Origin: Bugula neritina
Lineage: Eukaryota > Animalia > Bryozoa
Reading direction: 5' to 3'
Assembly: GCA_964035545.1 (NCBI GenBank)
Contig: OZ037767.1
Coordinates: 21,592,628 to 21,656,627 of the forward strand
Length of the DNA: 64,000 bases
Part shown: piece after piece, positions 52,029-63,200 of the stretch
How positions within the stretch are numbered: position 1 is the first letter of the stretch
Layout: every line of letters begins with the position of its first letter
Position numbers and translations under genes: made by a program
The notes under the pieces: generated by a model
Told to the model about the DNA's origin: nothing
Database searches by the model: none
What the model saw: the letters and a program-made list of their open reading frames with translations, nothing else

Positions 52029-53066
52029 AACTCATCTAGCTGCAATTCGAGAATACCTGATAGAAAGTGCAAACTTTAATGCACTGTTTTAACCCGCATT
52101 TCTTCTATGGTAGAAATATTTTATAATTTATAAAAGTGGATTAAAATAGGATGCATTAATGTTGACATGGAAATGCAAGTCAAAATTATTTAGCTTTTGC
52201 TTCCAATATATTGTTCAGCTTCACTCAATAATACGTAATGCTGTCCAATGATCCTAGATTAAGGATGATGCATAGCTGGACTCTTCAGCTTTTACTATGT
52301 TTTATTTTATTGAAAGTATTAAAGGCGCTCACTAAAAATGTGAATCTACCTATGGAAATACATATTGCATATCTGGAGAATAGCCACTTGAAAACAAGTC
52401 CAGCAAGAACTCGAATTGATTTACAAGTTGGTACAGTGCTCTCTCTGTATCTCACTAAGCTGCAGGTCTGAAACCTCAATTCTGTGGGATATGGGGGGAG
52501 CACTGTAATAGCAATGATCTTGAAAATAGCATGTGTTTCAAATATTTATACTCAAGTGCAGTTCTAACAAACTATGTTTGCAAGCATGTACAGTATATAC
52601 ATGCATTCAGTAACCTAAACAGGCAAAACATACAGATCAGTTGGTTATTTTATAGACATTATTATCTATATGCTGTAGCTGGTGAATTAAATGGAAGCCC
52701 TTTAAATTGCTTTAAAAAAATTATTTTATATTTGCAATATTTGCTCTCTCTCTACATTCGGGAGGGGGGCATGGCTGATAATAAATGTAAAATAGTGATA
52801 TAACATAATATATTATTACATATTGTGCTTAGAATATCTGCACTTCAATATATATATATATTGAAGTGTTGCAAGTTTTGGATGCAAGCCAACTGCGTTT
52901 GTCTAAACTCTTTTAAAAGTTTCCAATTTGTAATAATATTTAAGCCATAGATAAGAGAACTACTTTAGATAACAATTAACTGTGACCAGCCATAATTGGG
53001 ATAAACTAAGCTAAATGCATTTTACTTTTTCTACACTGCATATTCATGTATTTATTTTTTGTAAAG

Positions 53067-55991
53067 AAGGCAGAGAAAGATGACTTTAATGACTCATCTC
53101 TAAAAGGTTCGGATGACTCCGGGGTGTATGTGGGGGCAGGCTCTGATTCTAGTGAGTCACATTTGTTTCTTTCATAAGTCTTTTAATACCATGTTTCCAG
53201 TTAATGCAAAGTGTTTTTTGGTATAATTTGTACAACATCTTCTTTGTAGCAAACAGGAGCTTGAGGCCCGATGTTGGCTTTTTGCAAATAATGAGTACGC
53301 AATTGATGCAAACAGTAATACATTTCAAAATTTTCTCTGCAGAAAAAAGCAGTGGAACGAGTTTGAAAACTACAGCATTATTGGCAGCGAGCCAAGATCT
53401 TGATGCCAGTGTTCCTGCTGAAGATAGAGAGTCAGAATCTTATGAGAACGGTGGGCACAGCAGCCAGATGCAGCCAGTTGTGGCTCTGCCACCAACCTTT
53501 TCATTGTACAACGACGAGCAAGAAAACACTGCACCAACTAGCTCTGCCAAAGAGCTGCATGAAAATGAAGAAGCTGCTGAAGGGCAAGCAAATATTAAAG
53601 AGTAAGCAAAATATTGTTAGTTACAACATGGTAGTCATAAATTCATCAATGGCAAAAACATTCATGATTTGAGACCACCATATCATATGCATTTATAGTC
53701 AACTATAATAAAAATAACGGTGAATATTATTACTAACTTCTATTTTATATCAACATGGGCTTGAATTTTTCAGAGATACAGATAATGAGGTTCACTGCAT
53801 GGATGAATCACAGCAATATAATACACCTGGTAAGACATCTTGTCAAACTAATTTACACATTATACTTAGCTATACATAATCTATACTATTAAAAGATACA
53901 AGTTGTGACGCCATATTAATCATAACATTTTAGAAGTTTCTGCTTTGAATGAAGATGATGATAGTAGCAAAGATGATGGCAGCTCTCAGAAAATTCGGCA
54001 CTCAGAATCACAAAACTATTTATCAATTTGCATAGACGGGACAGAATACTTATTGCAGACAGATGCTCATACCCCACAGCCATTCCTTCCTGTACCAGAG
54101 GAGGTTGTAGAACTCGTGCAAGAGTAAGCATTGTGATTAATGAACTAAAACTAAAACAGAAAAGCTGATGAAAAAGAAATATTATGTAAACTGTATTACA
54201 GTTCCATGAAGCAATTCATATCTTTCTGTGTTTAGCAATATGGAATAATCTTTTGCAGAGTTTGTGAAACCAGAGATGTTACATGTGCAGAGCTTTACCA
54301 ATCTCCAGATGATTGCAACGAGCTCCTAGTTGTAGGGGTCGGAGCAAATAAAAAATTGGAAGAAATTTTGAAGGAAGAGTTTTTCAAGAGATTACTGACA
54401 AGATTCACAATATACACTCAAGAGATTTGTGAGCCATTAAAGATACATACCATACAGTATACAGGAGAAAAGAAATTTAAAGTTGTCAAAAAGTATTACC
54501 GAAGTAAAAGGGAAGACCAATGGATGCCCGTAAAGGATGCAACTTGTGAGCTGATAGTAAGAGCTGAAGCTATCAACACTCACGATCCATATGTAGCTTA
54601 TTACGCATTGGTGCCAGCACATTTTATCTTAGATGACAACGAGCAAGAAGACCTTGTGTTTAAGAAAGTTGAGCCTGAGGTAGTTCGAAGGAGAAAAGCT
54701 GGAGAATCCTTAACAACAAAGTATACGATTGAAGTTTTCAACTCTCCCAAAATGCTTGACTTACGAATGGACAATCCAATATTTTCCTATCAGCACTATG
54801 GCAAGTATGATGAGATGAAGAATAAAGATTGCAAATCATTTCTCCGCGATACAGCCCTTATTGAGATAGAAAGTCGTCAAATAGAATCGAGCAAGCCAAA
54901 CAGCAAAAACATCTTGCTTACAGAAATTGAAACCGCAATGACAACAAAGCATGGGCATAGAATGGGCCACGTGTTTCCCTTGTACGATCTTAATCATCTT
55001 GTTACCATGGGGCTGAAGCGTGTTGCTGTGAAAATCGGCCCATCAACTGGATATTTGCTCTCCCCTTGCCGGCCTCTATTAGGAAAGATACCTGAAGCAC
55101 AACTTCACCATATTCAGTTTGTGATAACCGATTGGTAAGCCAATATACTTGGATTGTGTTGAAATGAAACATTGTCTAATTATATAAATTCGTATTATAT
55201 TTTAATACTATGCTTTAACAATCACAGTGCTTTTGCTGTCACTATTTCTAACTGTTCTTGAAACAAGTTGCTTGAGAAACTAAAATTGAATTTTTTAAAC
55301 AACTTAAGATTATAATAACGAGAAATTTAAACACCTATCTTGGCACATTAAGCTCTTTTGTCTCAAATAGTGGTCAAGAAGAGCGAAGCAGGCATCTGTG
55401 TGCTGATGTCATGTAAACTTATGACACCTGCAGAATCTATTGCATGATTCATTACATGTTAAGATGTTTCTAAACTCATATAACCACAGCACAACACTGA
55501 TATTATGTACTAAATTAAATACCAAGAGAGCAATTTCTACAGCTCAAAGGTTTTGAATGTAACTGGGTACCATATTTGGTTATCAATGTTTGATATGTAA
55601 TTGTTACAGGCCACTCCAGCCGGGTCAAAGTGGTAGCATAGTCTACATCATGGATAACACCAATACTCATTATCCACTTGGAATGCTTATTGGCTGCAGC
55701 AAAGCAAAGCTAAAAAGTGGCATAATCATTTACCAAGCAGTGGTACTTCAGCAAGCTCTGGATGATATTGAAACCAGTTATCCTCAAGTCTTGAGAAACA
55801 TTCAAATAGTAGGTCAACCTGACAGGATTCACACAGAAAATTGTGTGCAAGAACTGATTCCAAAACTACAGGAGGCAGGAAAAAAGCCACCACCTAGCAT
55901 TGAAAGTAGAATGCTCGATTCCGGATTGCCATCAACATTAAGTCTTTTTCCTGGTGACTTTAGCATCTCAACACAGATGAAACGCGATTAA
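53067..55991 (+). CDS. Uncharacterised protein: acidic disordered N-terminus plus chymotrypsin-fold (Ssy5/NAL1-like) serine protease domain
   Basis: Phase-compatible exons ~53070-53151, 53343-53601, 53774-53829, 53934-54124, 54259-55134, 55610-55991 (possible first exon 52352-52430). Motifs YALVPAHF, RDTALIEI, VKIGPSTG, PGQSGSIVY, PLGMLIG. Confidence 0.68.
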
Positions 55992-57126
55992 TGCGTTATC
56001 TTGTATATTAAACAAATATAGTAAATCAAATACTTTTGTGACTTTTAGTAGAAATATTCTGCATTCACATTTTACAGGTTTGTCACCAGCTGCTAGTTAT
56101 TTTTTACCTTTGCTCTATGAAAAGCAATTCATATATATTATGCTTGATGTTATACATATATAAATATTGAAACCTGTCACAACATGAGACTAAACCACAT
56201 ATAACATCACATCTAATAGGATGAAGCTACACTCTACCAGAAAGTAGCAATGGAAAAGAGTGGCTGCCAGTTATATGTATAAATGGCAATAGTTAAATTT
56301 CCTATTATTCAACATCTTACAAACATAAGTGAAAATTTCCTTGAACTGATTAAAAAATTCTTCCCGCAGAAACACCTATTGCTCAGAGTAATGAATAAAA
56401 GCTTGACTAACTTTATACAATGGGTAATTAATTATTCAACAAACATGTAATCTTGCAACTGTGGGTTGGACCATAAGACATGCCCCTCCCCAAAGTTCTA
56501 AAGCAATGAGAACAAACACCATCTAGGAATAAGAGAAATTATTAAAATTTAAACGCACTGATGGAAGTTCCTTTGATAAAATGGGCATAAAAAGCTGCTA
56601 CGACACTAAGTCAACACACAGACTTTATAAGAATAAAAAGATGAACAAATATAACGTAGAAAATATCAAAACATGCTAGAGTCTAGACTCTATACTATCC
56701 TGCTATATCATATGCAATTTCTGTACAGGTGAAAAATATTATATATTATAGAAAGCTTCAATCAAGTGCTTTGAATAGGACTGGTGCGATAAGTAAATAC
56801 AGACACAGCAGACACTATGGAAAGCACACCACAAATGAATAGTTTTGATCATCAATATTTTTAGTTTATTATACAATTTTGCATATGAATCTCAACTTAT
56901 TTGCAAATGTTGAAAAATTAGTTGATAAAGTTAGAATATTTAAAATAGTTGAAATTAAAATTAAGAGCACTCTAATCTATATAGCTTAGGTTTATTATAG
57001 CAAGACAAAAACTTCCGACATATATGATACAATAGATTCCACATTACGCAACAAAATATACTATTTATTCAAACCATTTATACATTATACAGCTAGACTA
57101 CAGTTTTATTGTTAATAGTAGAATAT

Positions 57127-57882
57127 CTAGAGCAGTTCACGAGTTTTTGTTATTTGATTATTTTGCCTTTGGATTTCCTCCAAAACATGCTTGCCCGGCA
57201 GAGGTAAGGAATGAAAAAGATTTAATTGTTTTAATGCTGCTAAAACAGCACACCTAAGAGCATCAGCTAGTTCAGCTACTGTATATGGTTTATTCAACTT
57301 AGGAACATGAATAAACATCACAGAAGACATGCTGTGAGAAAGTGATGCGTAATAGATATATTCACATAAATAACGGCCAGCATCTGTTGACGGGAGAGCC
57401 ATGGCAAGACAACTACTGTCATTAATGTCTTTGCATAACTTATCAACATCTAGCGTCGTATGTAAACACTCGGCGCCGTTCTTTGAGTAACATTGAGATG
57501 GTGCAGTTCTACCATTTACATCTAGACTTTTGTAACCACGATTGTGAGCAAGCTTTTCGATAGTCAACTCTTCAGCTAAATGAGACACACCTACGTGCAC
57601 AACCAATTGCGGCTTGTATTCTTCCCACAACCGAGGTACCATCGTTTGAACAGCTTCATATGTCACCGGCACCTCCATGGTTACGAGGTTGACACTGTGA
57701 GTCAGCCCAGTCTTCTTCAGTTCTTTCACTACTTCTGCGCTTGCATTGATAGGGTGACCAGCAAATGGACCAAACCCAGTAACTACTACATTGATCAACG
57801 GCAGTTCAGTCCCAGGTACGCTCAAATCATCATTCAGCTGAGGATATGCTTGAAAATCTTCTTCACTATCAGAGTCTTCCAT
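57127..57882 (-). CDS. PGPEP1: Pyroglutamyl-peptidase I (peptidase C15)
   Basis: VVVTGFGPF..NAS, VVHVGV, TIEKLAHN (Glu), DAGRYLCEYIYY (Cys), FIHVP (His); start ATG 57882 after a TTTCAG acceptor at ~57902. Confidence 0.95.
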   Translation of the reverse strand: MEDSDSEEDFQAYPQLNDDLSVPGTELPLINVVVTGFGPFAGHPINASAEVVKELKKTGLTHSVNLVTMEVPVTYEAVQTMVPRLWEEYKPQLVVHVGVSHLAEELTIEKLAHNRGYKSLDVNGRTAPSQCYSKNGAECLHTTLDVDKLCKDINDSSCLAMALPSTDAGRYLCEYIYYASLSHSMSSVMFIHVPKLNKPYTVAELADALRCAVLAALKQLNLFHSLPLPGKHVLEEIQRQNNQITKTRELL

Positions 57883-58364
57883 TTTTACACACTGAACTTT
57901 TCTGAAAAAGTAAATTATACTTATGCACAAAAATCAACTTGCATGAAAGACTTGTAACAGCAATCATGAAGCACGGGCCAAACAACGCAAGACAATTGTT
58001 AATTCTATCTTGAATTTAAGATAAGTGTCAAAACAATCAGACTAACGCTATAATCGAAGAGTATATATGTATATTACATAAAAGACACTATTAATTTTAC
58101 CAATACTATATACAAAGAGCTAACATAAAACTATACCATCTATACATAAAGAACATAAATAAAACTATATCATCTATCTGAATAATGCCATTTACAAAAA
58201 AGTAAGTGCTAACCCATTCCATACATTCAGCTAACAGCAACAGTGAGTAAGTGTAACCATCACTTCAATCTACACTTTGCCTCTACAGCCTTTTTCTACT
58301 AAAAGTAAATGAACTTAGGCATTTATATTGTTGAAAGCACGGTTGTTGTTAAATAGCCAAAGTT

Positions 58365-59003
58365 GACTAGTACTACCTAGTACTATTAGTATTAGTATTA
58401 CTATAAGTATAAGTTATAAGTATTTAATTAATATTACACTTAATCTTATAGTCATAGAATAACAAATAATGATTTACTAAAAAGTATTTATATTATTATT
58501 TATATTTTATATTACATTTAATAACACTAAAGTATTAGACTTAGTATTATCAACATTATGATTAACATTATCTACTATTACTATTAGTCAAGGTGAGTTT
58601 TAGCTAGAAATCAAACTTCATCAAATTCAATACCGAGATGAAGATGATAACCATTGTCCATTATGATTATCATAATCATGATTCAGATTGACAGCTAAAA
58701 CATCAATCTGTAATTGCAAGTTTAAGCGAAAGATCATCAATCATCAATCCAAGACCAATGTGAATCAATCACAATGTATTACTAATACTATTAGTATAAG
58801 TATAAGTATGAGTATCAGCATCAGCCATCACTATCAGTACAAGTATTATTACGAGTATCGTAGTTCGCCACTGGCACTACCACTTTGACTTAGACTAGGC
58901 CTAGGGGGAGGTCTCGTCAACAATTATAAACTTCAAGTCTAAAGATCAAGATGCTGATGGTGATGGCCATAGTCATAGTGATGATCACTTGAAGTTGAAG
59001 TAT
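58365..59003. repeat. 6-bp-periodic AGT/ACT tract (T7), in inferred PGPEP1 intron 1
   Basis: AGTATT AGTATT ACTATA AGTATA, AGTATG AGTATC AGCATC; interrupted by the LTR. Confidence 0.8.
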
Positions 59004-59310
59004 TGTGGTGGCTCGTGGAGCTACCAGCAGCACAACATGTAGGGTCGCGTAATTGACATGGAACAATGGATAGCCAATTAGCGTGTTTGATAGTTAGCAG
59101 CAATTATAGTTTCCCGCTGCTAACTCAGTCGAAGTTAGAGTGCTGAATAGATTAGATGTGTAAATTGTCAGATGTATTTGTATCATTTTTATAATGTATT
59201 ATTGTGTGTAAAATATATACTCGTTCACTCGACTTATCCTGGTGCAGTTCTATAGCAAGTAATTAGACTCTCTGGATAGCATATCAACCCTAAATCTGAA
59301 AAATATAACA
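59004..59310 (+). repeat. 5' LTR
   Basis: Begins TGT at the end of the periodic tract and ends AACA one base before the PBS; the left boundary cannot be confirmed without the 3' LTR. Confidence 0.75.
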
Positions 59311-59311
59311 G

Positions 59312-59329
59312 TGGTGGCAGCGGTGGGAT
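59312..59329 (+). promoter_or_regulatory. Primer-binding site complementary to tRNA-Leu 3' end
   Basis: TGGTGGCAGCGGTGGGAT is the reverse complement of ATCCCACCGCTGCCACCA. Confidence 0.85.
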
Positions 59330-59341
59330 AGTGCATCCAAG

Positions 59342-60295
59342 ATGGAGACTGAAAGTGCTGGAACGCAACCACCGGCAGTAGAAGGTGAGCGTAGAGACAA
59401 TGCTGTAGAGACAATGCCTGTTAACCATGTAGTAGAAGAGCGAAGGGTTCCGCGAGAACTAACTGAAGACCGCTACCGGTTAAAGGCGCCCACCTTCACG
59501 GGCGAAGAGGAGGTGGAACAATTTATCCAAGAGTTTAGCGACGTAATGGACGTCGCCCAGTGGCCCCCTAGGGTGGCCTTGCTGAAGCTTAGAATGGCAT
59601 TGATGGACAAAGCCAAGCCGTATGGGCTGGGCGTAGACATTGATAATATCTTTGCTTCTCTGCGGGCTCGCTTCGGCCTCTCTGCTACAGATGCCAGGGC
59701 CCGATTGCAGAGGTTGCGGCGTGATCCCCGCACCCCGCTGCGGGAGCACGTCGCCGCGGTCATGAAGCTGGCACAGATGGCGTACAGTGACTTGCCCCCA
59801 GTCAACCGCGAGAGGTATACCCTCGACGCTTTCATAGCATCTGTCGACGATTTGGGTCTCCACCACCAGTTTCTAGCTAGGGGAGTCACCACCGTTGAAG
59901 ATGCTCTGACTGAGGGAGAAGCTTACCTCCTAGCTAATCAAATGCATAAAAGTCGCGGGAGCTCCCGTCAAGTGGAGATAGACCGCGCGGACACGGCCGC
60001 GGGACAAGGGGAGGAAACCCCCGCCGCGGCTGCCGTGTCCCAGTTGGCGACAGCATCGAAAGTCACTCAACTGACAGACATGCTGGCCAAACTGATAGCA
60101 ACACTGACACCACAATCCCCAGTGAGTACCGCCACTGAGCCCGTTCGGCCACCGGCGCCGCCACAGGGAGAAACAGTCAGTTTTTGCTGGGAGTGCGGAA
60201 ATCAAGGACATTTCCGCCGATACTGTCCCTTCCTAAATCAGGGGTTAAACTACCGCGGCCCGCAGATGTTCCCACCTCCTGCGGGCCGACGATGA
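59342..60295 (+). CDS. gag: Gag with CCHC zinc knuckle
   Basis: LKAPTFTGEEEVEQFI capsid-like start; CWECGNQGHFRRYC. Confidence 0.9.
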   Translation: METESAGTQPPAVEGERRDNAVETMPVNHVVEERRVPRELTEDRYRLKAPTFTGEEEVEQFIQEFSDVMDVAQWPPRVALLKLRMALMDKAKPYGLGVDIDNIFASLRARFGLSATDARARLQRLRRDPRTPLREHVAAVMKLAQMAYSDLPPVNRERYTLDAFIASVDDLGLHHQFLARGVTTVEDALTEGEAYLLANQMHKSRGSSRQVEIDRADTAAGQGEETPAAAAVSQLATASKVTQLTDMLAKLIATLTPQSPVSTATEPVRPPAPPQGETVSFCWECGNQGHFRRYCPFLNQGLNYRGPQMFPPPAGRR

Positions 60296-63200
60296 AACCT
60301 CCAGGGAAGAAGAAACGCAGGTCACCCAGACGGGTACCGCGTACTGGCAACCAACAGTGGCAACAGCCACGACGGACCAGCAAGGGGCTTCGCCCCGCGG
60401 CTACCTTTTCCATGCCCCTTCACAACAGATTCGCAGGGCTACAAGCCCAAGAATCTGGATGGGAGCCCACAAAGGTAGCCGGGAATCTAGCCTCGGCACC
60501 TCCGAGGCCTACTTACCACCGCCCCAAGAGACCTCCTTCGCGACCCAAAGCGAGGGAGGTACTCCCTGCGAGAGTAAGGCCTGAAGAGAGAGTTCAGGTG
60601 CAGCCCCATGGGAACAGCTATTTCTTGCCCGGTAAACTGGAAGGCAAAGCTGTTACTTTCCTCATTGATTCGGGCTGTACCACGAACCTCTTGAGCCGCC
60701 AACTCTTCGACACCCTCAGTGCTAGGGTCAGGGGCGAGATGGAATCATACGAAGGGGAGTACGGCACCCTAGCTGACGGGTCGTGCCTTCCCTTCTATGG
60801 TATAATTGAGCTGACGGGACGAGTCCGTGATCAAACGATCCAAGAGACGTTCATCGTCAGTCAGCTCAAGTAGGACGCCATCCTCGGGATGCCATTCCTA
60901 AAACGGCACGGATGTCACATCGATTTTAGCAAATCTGCGATGATGATGTCCGGGCGAGAACTCGCCTGCGTCGACAAGTTCGGCCGCCCTTTAGTGGGAG
61001 GTGTGCAAGTGGTACGCAACCGTACCATACCAGGCCGCTCCCGGGCTACCATTCACTGCAGGGTGAACAATAGCTGGATCTCTGGACTCGGGGTAGTTGA
61101 AGGCGCGCTCGAAAAGATCCAACTTGCCAGCAGTCTGAATCAGCTGACTGAGCAAGGGGAGATCTTAGTGCAGTGCGTCAACCCCTTTACCGAGTCTGTC
61201 AAGCTTCCGGCTGGGTCGATGCTGGGCCGTTTTCACTCTGTTCAAGAGGAGGACGTAGGCCCGTCGCTGGGAGATGCGACGGAAGTACTCCCTCAGTGCC
61301 CTACTCAAGGGCGAGGGGCAGTCCCAGCACATCTCCGGGAGTTGTATGACACCGCCTGTAGCGGCTGCGCGAGTAACAAAGAACGCCAAGTTACGGCGAA
61401 GTTACTACGCAACTACGGGGATGTGTTCAGCAGCGGAGATCATGACGTGGGACTGACTGGAATTGTCAGACACGAAATACCGCTGACTGCAGGGACAGTC
61501 CCTGTCCGGCAGCCCACACGCAGGCTGGGGCCGGAGAAAGAGAAGGAGGTTAGCCGACAAGTACGGGATCTTCTGGACCGGGGACTGATAGAGCCCGCCC
61601 ATAGTGCGTGGAGCTCGCCAGTCGTACTGGTCCGGAAGAAAGACGGCAGTTGGCGGTTCTGTGTGGATTACCGCAAACTCAATAGCGTAACCATACAGGA
61701 CGCCTACCCTCTACCTCGTATTGACGAGTCGTTGGACGCCCTAGCCGGCAGCAAGTACTTCAGTACGTTAGACTTGCTGAGTGGCTATTGGCAAGTCTCT
61801 CCGAGTCCCGACGCCCAGGAAAAGGCGGCGTTTATCACACGGGACGGTTTGTGGAAGTGGAAGGTGTTGCCTTTTGGGTTGACCTCCGCCCCAGCCACCT
61901 TCCAGAGGCTGATGGAGCAAGTCCTCAGCGGGCTCCATTGGAAGACACTGCTGATCTACCTCGATGATGTCATCGTGATCTCCCCAGACTTCGAGACACA
62001 TGTCAGTCGTCTGCAGGAGGTCTTCGAGAGACTCCGAGGTGCCGGTCTTAAGCTCAAACCTTCTAAGTGCGCTCTATTGCAGCCAGTGGTTAAGTACCTG
62101 GGGCACGTTGTCGGTCGAAACGGCGTGGCAACGGATCCCGAGAAGGTACGGGCAATAGAAGACTGGGTCACCCCCCAAGACTTGACCGGACTCCGGGCTT
62201 TCTTGGGGCTGGTAGGGTATTACAGGCAATACATACCAGACTTTGCGGGCATAGCACAGCCGTTAAACCGGCTCACCGCAAAGGGAGTGACGTGGCAGTG
62301 GACCCCAGTCGAACAAGGAGCGTTCGACCGCCTCAAGGGCTGCCTACTAATGGCACCCATCTTGGCCTACCCAGACCCCACTCTGGAGTACATCCTTGAC
62401 ACTGACACCAGTGACCAAAATGTTGGCGCTGTGCTGTCACAAGTGCAGGAAGGCCGAGAAGTAGTAGTAGCCTACTACAGCAAGTCTCTCTCTCCCACTG
62501 AACGAAATTACTGCACTACCCGCAAGGAGTTGCTGGCAGTAATCAAGTCAGTGAAGCACTTCAGACCATACCTATATGGCAGGAAGTTCCGGCTGCGTAC
62601 GGATCATGCCTCGCTGATCTGGTTGTGCAAGAGAGCAGAGCCCTCTAGTCAGGTCGCCCGGTGGCTCGAAATCCTAGCTGAATTCTCATACCGGATCGAA
62701 CATCGACCGGGCAAGAGACACAGCAATGCGGATGGTTTGAGTCGCCGACCTGATGGAGGTTGCAAACAGTGTCTCAACATCGAGAGGAGGGATGGAGGTC
62801 CCCCGCGATGCGAGTTGGAGACGCTGGCTCACCACGGAGCACTGTTTGACTGGGACCAAGGTCAACTCAGACAGGAAGTTGATGAGTCCCCGGAGGGTGT
62901 ACAAAACCTCCGCGCCAACCCTGTACTGGCCGGTAATGTTCGAGAGCTGAAGAAGCTCCAAGAAGAGCTGCCTGGAGTCGTGGCAGACATATATCGGGCC
63001 AAAAGGGAAGGGCGACGACCCAGCGAGGAACGCATACGACAGGGATGCGCCGAGTTCCGGCTATACTGTCAGCGTTGGGACTCGCTGCGGATCGGGCAGG
63101 ATGGGTTACTAACCATCTCTCTAGCCGCCGGCGGCAGACAACCGGAGAGGAAGAGGGTAGTCTGCCCCACTGCCATCCGCCGTGAGTTGATTTGGGATAC

